A DNA stretch of 64,000 nt, taken from positions 23,064,001-23,128,000 of the forward strand of contig OX597821.1 of assembly GCA_951406725.2 (NCBI GenBank). The letters run 5' to 3'. Below the pieces are notes generated by a model. The model did no database searches. It worked only from the letters and a program-made list of their open reading frames with translations, and was not told where the DNA came from. Below are positions 54,823 through 64,000 of the stretch, one piece after another. Positions within the stretch are counted from its first letter, which is position 1. Every line of letters begins with the position of its first letter. A program made the translations under genes and the position numbers. The DNA is from Octopus vulgaris. Its lineage: Eukaryota.

Positions 54823-55481
54823 CGTGGTTTGATCAATAAGTATCCGGACTGTTGCCATAGTAACGAAGCTAAAGAGCGGAGAGTGAAACCACTTGACACA
54901 GATTGACCTCGAACTCTGATATGCATGCGCACTAAGTTTTAACGTTTTGGCTTACTTCCAGTGCTTAGAGCAGTGCTTGGAAGGATGGTGTGTAGCATTG
55001 ACCATGACAGAAAGTTGAGCAGAGAATCTACATCAAATTTTGCAAAAAGCTTGGCAATACCTGCTCAGAGGCCTACGCAAAGTTTTCAAAAAGGTTTTCA
55101 TCATTCTCGACCCAATCAAGGAGATCTTGTACAACTGAAACCCGAGTGTCCTTTTCGTCAGCTGAAAGCAACTTTGGCACAAACTTAGCAGACACGCGTC
55201 TCATACCCTAATCTTCAGTGTTAATGGACTGAACTGAACCGTAACTAATCTTCACATCCTCTGATAACTCACAGATGGTGATTCGATGATTTCCCCCTCA
55301 CAGCTGCATGCACATCTGAGATGTTTTTCTCAGTCGTGCTGGTTGCGGGTGTACCAGAACGTTCGTCTATATCGACATTTTACGGCCATCTCGGAAAGAT
55401 CTGAACAACTCATACACACGTGTGCGGCTCATACACTCCTCTCCATACACTTTCTGCAGCTTTGCATAAGCCTCTGAGCAT
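54823..55481. mobile_element. mariner relic with internal inversion
   Basis: TA-CGTGGTTTGATCAATAAGTATCCGGACT TIR-like start; + strand EQRIYIKFCKKLGNTCSEAYAK; - strand CSEAYAKLQKVYGEECMSRTRVYELF..RRVSAKFVPKLLS. Confidence 0.85.
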
Positions 55482-56005
55482 GCATGCATGCATGCATACA
55501 TACATACATACATACATACATACATACATACATACATACATACATACATACATACATACATACAAACAAACAAACATACATACATACATACATACATACA
55601 TAAATACATACATACATACATACATACATACATACATACATACATACATACATACATACATACATGAACATGTCTTGACAAGCATCTGTATGCATGAGAA
55701 TATACACGTAAAACAAAGCATACACATCTGAAACATATACATGCATACACACAAAAATACCCTGTTGATATTGTTAAAATTCTAATAAAAGAGATTTGGA
55801 TCTGTGTTAGAAACCGGCTCTTTTTCTACTGGCAAGAAACCTTGAAATGAAACTGAATAATGACATACGTACACACACACACACACGGGCTTCTCTGAGT
55901 TTCCGTCTGCCAAATCCACTCACGAGCCTTTGGTCGGTCTGGGTCCATAGTAGAAGGAACTTACCAAAGTACCACGCCTTGAGACTGAATTTGAGAGCAC
56001 AGAAA

Positions 56006-56593
56006 TCTAAGACATTTCAATTTAAGAGAGAATTTAATAGAAAATTTATGTAAAGAAAATATTTATCGGTTTCGATGTTTCTCACCTTATCAACTATCAG
56101 TAAAAGTTTATAAAAATTTATCTAGGAGCTAAGAACAGTTTATCTTTTGTCTGGGGGTCAAGAACATGTCTGGAAATTTTTCGTTGAAGCCTTCTTTAAA
56201 TATTGTTTGGTATAGAGTTTAAAGTGTTAGAGAGCGAGAGAAGGGTTGTTTATTGTCTAAAAGAAATCTATGTGTGTTTCTGCCAAGTGAGTGGCCAAAA
56301 AGCATTTATTGAATGGGTTTTATGTTCAGGAACACACAAAGATTTTTTTTTTATAATAAACACCACTTCTTTCACTCTCTAACACTTTGAACTCTATACC
56401 AAACTATATTTAAAGAAGACAGCAACGAAACATCTCCAGACATGTTCTTGACCCCCAGACAGAAGATAAACTGTTTTTACTTTAAATTTTTATAAATTTT
56501 TTCTGATATTTGATGAGATACATCGAAACCAGATATATTTTCTTTCTATGATTTTTTTTTAATAAAATCCCTCTTAAATTGAAATGTCTTAGA
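56006..56593. repeat. Diverged inverted repeat, about 275-bp arms, each with a hammerhead-like relic
   Basis: 56006-56282 versus 56327-56593; left arm (-) TTGATAA-GGTG-AGAAA-CATC-GAAA-CCGA-TA; right arm (+) TTGATGA-GATACATC-GAAA-CCAG. Confidence 0.85.
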
Positions 56594-56694
56594 CTAACTT
56601 ATGTGCTATTTCCACCGCCATCTTATATATATATATATGTGTGTGTGTGTGTTTGTGTGTATTTGTGTGTGTGTATATGTATGTATGTATGTAT

Positions 56695-56902
56695 ACTCTT
56701 TTACTCTTTTACTTGTTTCAGTCATTTGACTGCGGCCATGCTGGAGCACCGCCTTTAATCGAGCAACTCGACCCCGGGCCTTATTGTTTTTGTAAGCCCA
56801 GTACTTATTCTATCGGTCTCTTTTTGCCGAACCGCTAAGTAACGGGGACATAAACACACCAGCATCGGTTGTCAAGTAATGCTAGGGGGACAAACACACA
56901 CA

Positions 56903-56939
<37 letters not shown>

Positions 56940-57057
56940 CGGGATTCTTTCAGTTTCCGTCTACCAAATCCAGCCCGAGGCTATAGTAGAAGACACTTGC
57001 CCAAGGTGCCATGTGGTTGGTAAACAAGCTACTTACCACACAGCCACTCCTGCGCCT
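56695..57057 (-). mobile_element. SINE family B with internal deletions
   Basis: Family B motifs in reverse complement. Confidence 0.85.
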
Positions 57058-57112
57058 ATGTATGTATGTATGTATGTATGTATGTATGTATGTATGTATG
57101 TATGTATGCATG

Positions 57113-57162
<50 letters not shown>

Positions 57163-58107
57163 AGTAATAAGAAAGAGACCACATGTGGTCACTCTAACGC
57201 TAGAAATAGAACCGCAAAGGGAATCGACCACTAAAGAATTGTTCTCAAGCATTAATTCAACACGCCAAGAATGTAAGCAGGCAGAACAAATGAAAAATAA
57301 CGTAAAAATAGATTAACTCTATACAATTGATTTGTGACTTTAATTATAAATTAATATGTAACAAAAACAGGACAGTAAAGACAGTACAAAATATAAACAG
57401 TAAAGGACAGGACAAGGAGAATAACAGTAACACAAACATTGAGAGCTGTTAAGCCAGAACGAAAGAAAAAATATTATGAACGCTTTTGAGGACGGCAAGA
57501 GAGAGACAGGAAAACCATCCACACTTGAAGGAAGCCAGGTCAGAAAGACAGTAGCAGGGCTCTCGTCGCGGGTCAACGATGGGAGGGAGGAGGAGGTGCA
57601 AGAGAAAGGGAGAGAGAAAAAAGGGAATGGTTGTAGAGAAAGCCAGAAAGAATGAAGAATGAGAGAGAGAGAGAGGGGGGGGACAGTAAGGTAGAAGAAA
57701 GGAAACCAGAAAGAATGAAGGCTGAGAAAGGGAGAGGGGACAGAAAGGTTAAGAGTGCGCATCAGTATTAATATTAAGAACAAACTTACTTAGAAATGGA
57801 TGCGTGCGTTCCGTTATATAATAAATTAATAAATAAAATAAAACATATGCATATATACATACATATATGTACGAACCTACCTCTACATGTATATATACAT
57901 GCATATATGGGTACAGGACACCAAAAAAATGTCGAACACAATGAGAAACGAAAACATAAACACAAAACCAAGGAAATGGACATTGTTCTTAAACAACGAA
58001 AATATAGAGTACAGGATAAAATAGAGTACAAGGAAAGAGAGGAGAACAAACGTTAAGACAAGGCAAACAAGTCATATACATTATTATTATTGGAAAAAAT
58101 TCCAAAG

Positions 58108-58161
58108 TCTTATAGCTGTTTCTGGTACACCCCAGAGTATGGGATATTCTGTCATCAGAGA
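58108..58161 (-). ncRNA. Type I hammerhead ribozyme (family of 2365-2416)
   Basis: TCT-CTGATGA-CAGA-ATATCCCA-TACTC-TGGGGTGT-ACCA-GAAA-CAGCTA-TA-AGA. Confidence 0.6.
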
Positions 58162-58747
58162 GAAATAGGGAAAATAGGGGAAATGAGAAGAGTATATATT
58201 AATGAAATGATGACATAGAGGAAGGGAATAAATGAATAAGGAGATGAAGAGAGAGAGAAGAAAAAAGAAGTATAAAAGTTCATAGTTCAACTTTCCGATG
58301 TTGTAGAAAAAGTGCAATCCTGCGTAGGTCCATGGAGGTTAGAATCCTGATATGGTAAACATCCAGAGAAAAAAGACGCGAACATATCAACGTTCAATAA
58401 CAGAATGGTTGTGGAGGTAGCTATTAAGTGGTAAAAGGAAAGGAAATAAATTAAATAGAAAGAGAGGTGGGTAGAGTGAGGAGGTGTTAAGGTTTAGTTT
58501 TAGGATAGAGTAAGGTATATAAGCATATATACCTTACTCTTTATATATATATATATATATATAAAACTATATTTATCTAATATACATCAATATATATGTA
58601 TGCATATATGTATATACACACACCCTACACACACGCACACGCACATACACACACGCTCACACACACACATACACAGATGTTGATTCGCTAGCTTCTGCAC
58701 GCATTTTTTTTCTCTCCTTGTTTCTCTCCGTGTTTCTTTTCTGTATA

Positions 58748-58786
58748 TCTTTCTTATTGAAGAGCGTAGGCTCGAAACGTAAAAGA
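58748..58786 (+). ncRNA. Minimal hammerhead relic
   Basis: TCTTT-CTTATTGA-A-GAGC-GTAG-GCTC-GAAA-CG-TA-AAAGA; stems perfect, core damaged. Confidence 0.55.
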
Positions 58787-59234
58787 CTTGTTTTATTTAT
58801 ATTCCTGAGCGCCATACTAATACGATTGTTTGTTTGTATTCCACCTGCCTTCGTCTTTTGTTTATTTTCATAAAGCTTCCCGTTATATATTCATTTGCAA
58901 ATGAAAAGCACTGTTAGTGTTGTAGACATTATCGATATTATATACGTACTCACTGTGTGTGTCTTGCTTGTCCACCGGTTCGCTGCGATAAAGCGCTTTG
59001 GGCACGGATCACGCGCAGCACTTTCGTGTATTTTAACGCCCACAGCGATGAGGGAGTTGTCCTCAAATCGCTACACTGCAGCGAACCGGCGAAGAAGCAA
59101 AACATATGGAATATGTGCGTTCGATAGACACACACATAGACACACAAACACACACGCACACACGTGTATGTATGTGTGTTTGTGTATATGTATGTATGTG
59201 TGTGCATATATAAATAAATACATATATGTATGTA

Positions 59235-59455
59235 TACTCTTTTACTCTTTTACTTGTTTCAGTCATTTGACTGCGGCCATGCTGGAGCACCGCCTTTAGT
59301 CGAGCAACTCGACCCCGGGACTTATTCTTTGTAAGCCCAGTACTTATTCTATCAGTCACTTTTTGCCAAACCGCTAAGTGACGGGGATGTAAACACACCA
59401 GCATCGGTTGTCAAGCAATGCTAGGGGGACAAACACAGACACACAAACACACACA

Positions 59456-59539
<84 letters not shown>

Positions 59540-59704
59540 TATAGACAGGCTTCTTTCAGTTTCCGTCTACCAAATCCACTCACAAGGCATGGTCGGCCCG
59601 GGGCTATAGCAGAAGACACTTGCCCAAGATGCCACGCAGTGGGACTGAACCCGGAACTATGTGGTTGGTAAGCAAGCTACTTACCACACAGCCACTCCTG
59701 CGCC
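59235..59704 (-). mobile_element. SINE family B, full length
   Basis: Complete copy with long internal (CA)n/(TA)n. Confidence 0.9.
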
Positions 59705-59726
59705 TATATATATATATAACATATAT

Positions 59727-59821
<95 letters not shown>

Positions 59822-61687
59822 TGTGTGTGTTTATGAATGTATATAGACAGACAGACAGATAGATATGAACTTATAATTTTGCTACCATCTGGTGAAGTCT
59901 TGTAAGACATTTTAAGTGACAGTTCACACAAGAATGGCTTATGTTGATGGAAAGATATCTGGGTTTCGGCGGTTTACCTAGTAATTCTAGGAGCAATAAA
60001 ACAGCCGTTAAGTATTCGTGGTTGACGTGGTAGGAGTTGATTTAATAAGTGTTCATTGCTCCTCCTTCAAATAAGGGGGGGGGGGGGGTAGACAACCTGT
60101 CCTCCACCTAAAAAATTTGTGTTGTATACATTTGGACCATGATTTCAATCTGAGAACAACTTAATGTTCCACTCTTTCTAGTTTAAGAGGCATTGAAAAG
60201 GACAATAAAAAACTTCCAGCTTGCAAGAAAAAAGAAATCAATTTTGCATGGCATTAGTTTGAACAGAGAGTTATTCCCCTTGTTCAAAATGCTTAGTAGC
60301 GTCCCTTTAGACCGATGTCGTTTAACGAAACGTGGACCTTGTACTGTGTAATCAATTAAGGCATTCGGTGTTGAATTGATGTGTTCTTTTTTCTCCTCTT
60401 TTTTCTTTCTTCCTCTTTTCCTCTTCGTTTTTCTTTCTTGGCTCATACTTCTGTTTTCTTCGGTTTGGGATTTAGATTTTAATGTGGTTTTGTATTATAA
60501 ATTTATCTTATACATTCATGTTATATAGAGAAAATGAGAGGCTTTCGTCCGGATGACTCACGGTCTATCTTCACCATTTTGTATTAATTTTACCATTCGT
60601 TATGTAGCTAAATTTTAGACTGAATTAAATGAAATTAAAAGTCCTTGTCCTGCATTGCCTAATTGCTTGCTTTTCCTCACTACTTTAACATATACGTCTT
60701 ATATATGTAATTGTTATCTCTGTTGATAGTAAAAGAATTCTTTCTGTACAAATAAAAATCTTTAAATTCTTGCGATGAATACATGCGCGCAAGGTTGTGT
60801 GGTTTGATTTTTGGTTTGTTTTTTTGTTTTTTCTGCATTTTTGTTTGCCTTTGTTTTTTTAATCTTTTCTGCTTGACTGCCATTTTTCAATTTCTTCAAT
60901 TTTTGTTCCAACTGATCCCATAATTGGTTTAACCATGTAATTTTGTAAGGTAATCATTGACACGAAATTATCTTCGCCATAAAACAATTAATAAAGAATC
61001 GATAGCTTTTAAAGTTTGCAAATTTGGGGTAATTTTAACCAAAACCACAGACGTATAGGTACCTGTTTGCATAGTAACAAGTCAAGCTGATATCAAGCTA
61101 TTTCCAACATGGTTATTTTCGCTTATCAACTGCTTAAAACATTTAGTAAGCATTTAATGAGGTGGTCCTTTTTTCTACTGTTAGCAACACGTGCAGTCAA
61201 ATATAAAATGACAGCTTCCAAATGCTGTTTTCTGACAGGGTAAAAATGATCAAACTTTAAACCTCTGTAACTTTTTCTTTTTTTTTTTCATATATATATT
61301 TTTCTAGAAAAAGTTAAACATCCCCGCGAGATTCAGCGTGGAAAATTACATCCATACACCAAATTTTAAAATCTTCACTAAACTTTAAAATTTCCACCGG
61401 TGCAGCCGAAAACAATGTGGTTCGAAATATATAAGAGAAAGAGGACATCCAAGATACACTTAAGATAAGATTTAAAGGATGGTGGTTGAATCAAGATACT
61501 TTTCTTCACAACCTTGCTACCAAGTCGGTAGCCACAAAAAATTTATTCTAAATTAAAAAGAGAAAGAGAAGACATACATACATACATACATACATACATA
61601 CATACAATACACACGTACATACATACATACATACATATTATCATACATACATACATACATACATACATACATACATACATACATACA

Positions 61688-61721
<34 letters not shown>

Positions 61722-61779
61722 CATGCATACATACATACATATATACACACTTACATACATACATGCATACATACATACA

Positions 61780-62119
61780 TTCTTAAGACCCCCTTCGGTC
61801 ATGAATGACCATGGGATTGCACCTAGAAAGTTACCCTCATAGACACAAGTTCGGGCAAGGTTGTTTATGGAAGACCAGCAGTCGCCCATGCATACCAGCC
61901 TCCCCTCTCCACGCCACTAGTGTTATCCAAGGGAAAGACAAAGGTCGATACAGCTTGGCACCAGTGACGTCGCAACTCATTTCTACAGCTGAGTGAACTG
62001 GAGCAACGTGAAATAAAGTGCCTTGCTCAAGAACACAACACGCAACCCGGTCCGGGATTCGAGCGCACAACCTCACGATCGTAAGCTCGACGCTCTAACC
62101 ACTGAGCCATGCGCCTTCA
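61780..62119 (-). mobile_element. tRNA-derived SINE family D inserted in (TACA)n
   Basis: Head TGGCTCAGTGGTTAGAGCG..CTCGAATCCC followed by GTTGTGTTCTTGAGCAAGGCACTTTA central domain. Confidence 0.85.
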
Positions 62120-62486
62120 CATACATACATACATACATACATACATACATACATACATACATACATACATACATACATACATACATACATACATACATAC
62201 ATACATACATACATACATACATACATACATACATACATACATACATACATACATACTTACATACATACATGTATGCATACATACATACATATATACATAC
62301 TTATATACATGTATGCATACATACATACATACATACATACATACATACATACATACGTGCATACATACATACATACATACATACATACATACATACATAC
62401 ATACATACATACATACATACATACATACATACATACATACATACATACATACATACATACATACATACATACATACATACATACAT
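62120..62486. repeat. (TACA)n microsatellite
   Basis: Direct reading; continues at 61573-61779 on the other side of the SINE. Confidence 0.95.
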
Positions 62487-62818
62487 GGCTCATTGATGGG
62501 AAGTTTGCAAATCCAGTTCCCAAGATACACTTTAAGCCTCGCACTCATTATTGGAGTAACAGAAGCAAAGTGTGGCTGAAATTGGAATCTTGGGGGAGAA
62601 GATGCAAGTCTTTAATTTACACACAACAAATGATGACGATATCTGGGACTGTAGAATCTGCAAGACCTTCGAAAGATTTAAAGGATGATGGTGAAATCAT
62701 GTTCTTTCCTTCACGACCTTGCAACCAAGTAGGCGGGCGGTTAAATTTAACCCTAAATCAAAAAGAGAAAGAGAAGAACATGCATACATGCATGTGTGTG
62801 TGTGCGTGAGTGAGCGAG

Positions 62819-62860
<42 letters not shown>

Positions 62861-62888
62861 TAATAATAATAATAATAATAATAATAGT

Positions 62889-63080
62889 AAGGAGCATGGA
62901 GACTTGTACATCCACTGTTTTTATGTTGCAGTTATATACAGCATATTACAATGACCTACACGTACTTCCACTGCAACGACTGCACATTGATGAAGAGGCA
63001 ACCTTACAATACTGTCAGTGAAATGTACTGTACATAAGTATAAAATAGAAATAGTGGCTGTACAAGTCTCCATACTCCTT
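62889..63080. mobile_element. MITE-like element, about 35-bp TIRs
   Basis: AAGGAGCATGGAGACTTGTACATCCACTGTTT versus AAATAGTGGCTGTACAAGTCTCCATACTCCTT. Confidence 0.75.
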
Positions 63081-63097
63081 CTTGTTGTTATTGTTTT

Positions 63098-63629
63098 TGA
63101 GTGAGAGAGCAGTTCATGCCATCAAAGTGACACTTGGGTAAAATATACGAAGCCCAGTATACCCATCATGACTACCCGTCTGATATGGGTACACTAGGCA
63201 CATGCATCACAACCATATGTGAACGACTTGGTGATTTCGTATCAAGACAAACAGTGCATGACCTTGCAGGTGGGGCCCAGTTAGAATTAGCGCATTCCGC
63301 TCAAAAGGTCCCTGAATAAGATTTGTTTAAGGATGTTTGAACGAAACACCCATGTTTCCAGAGGTGAATTATCGAAACCCCCAAAGAATTCCTTGCATGG
63401 CTATGATGTTCCCCCACTACTTCTGCTCGTGATCAGAGATGCACATATCGTCAGCCACTAAGGGACAACTGATTAAGGTCAAACAACTGACAAGCAAATC
63501 TGTGGTATTGAGCAGAATATTTGCTGTGGCCCATCTTTTATACCAAGACAAAACAATGTAGATGATAACACTTCCAATCAGTTAAGAAAAGAAGGCATGA
63601 AAACCACTGCTTAGTACTGCATCAGAGCA

Positions 63630-63630
<1 letters not shown>
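63098..63630. mobile_element. Unclassified non-coding insert bounded by TTG/TTA and (ATT)n tracts
   Basis: GC-richer block of about 530 bp between trinucleotide tracts; no recognisable ORF. Confidence 0.35.
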
Positions 63631-63690
<60 letters not shown>

Positions 63691-64000
63691 TGCATTAGCA
63701 TCTTTCAATTCAGTTTCCATTTCTTTCCAAGTGTCTTCCTGACCCCTAAGGCAGAGAAACGTACTGTATACATTGGTAGGTCATTAAAATAAACACACCA
63801 GATTGTTCATTTACAAAGTCAATTGATAGAGAAAAAGGAGAAGACAGAGAATAAAAGGAAAAAAAGTAAACAAACAAAATAAAGAGGAAAAATGAAAGAA
63901 AATTCACAGCAACAATATTCGGCACTGTCATGCCTTTGGATGTCAGAAGTGAAAGTAGAGAAATCTGACGTCAGACGTCAACTTCGTGTATTTACGTCGT

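Noticed and set aside
59880-60900. Lys-rich minus-strand ORFs as candidate host exons
   Set aside because: Low complexity, no recognisable domain or verified splice structure; more likely decayed transposon sequence.

Overview
AT-rich, microsatellite-saturated eukaryotic intergenic DNA. The SINE families and the (TA)n/(CA)n/(TACA)n load resemble octopus/cephalopod genomes (inference). No host protein-coding gene can be supported, and most ORF-track entries are translated microsatellites. Real features: three tRNA-Ile(AAT) copies (one intact, two decaying); one near full-length Tx1-clade LINE with an intact 1144-aa APE-RT ORF2 inserted in (AAT)n, plus an older Tx1 fragment; R4/Dong-like, CRE, RTE and Penelope-like (PLE) relics; Tc1, mariner, pogo and piggyBac relics; MITEs; and many tRNA-derived SINEs. 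The main unannotated signal is about 14 type I hammerhead-ribozyme-like motifs, found by eye in short elements with inverted or direct terminal repeats. One has a compensatory G3-C8 core swap, and one 492-nt terminally redundant unit has its boundary at the predicted cleavage site (retrozyme-like). Other highlights: a 3' stem-loop shared by the Tx1 LINE and a SINE family, serial invasion of one AAT/GAT tract, and a palindrome with 379-bp arms. Alignments and folds were done by eye, so boundaries of degraded elements are approximate.
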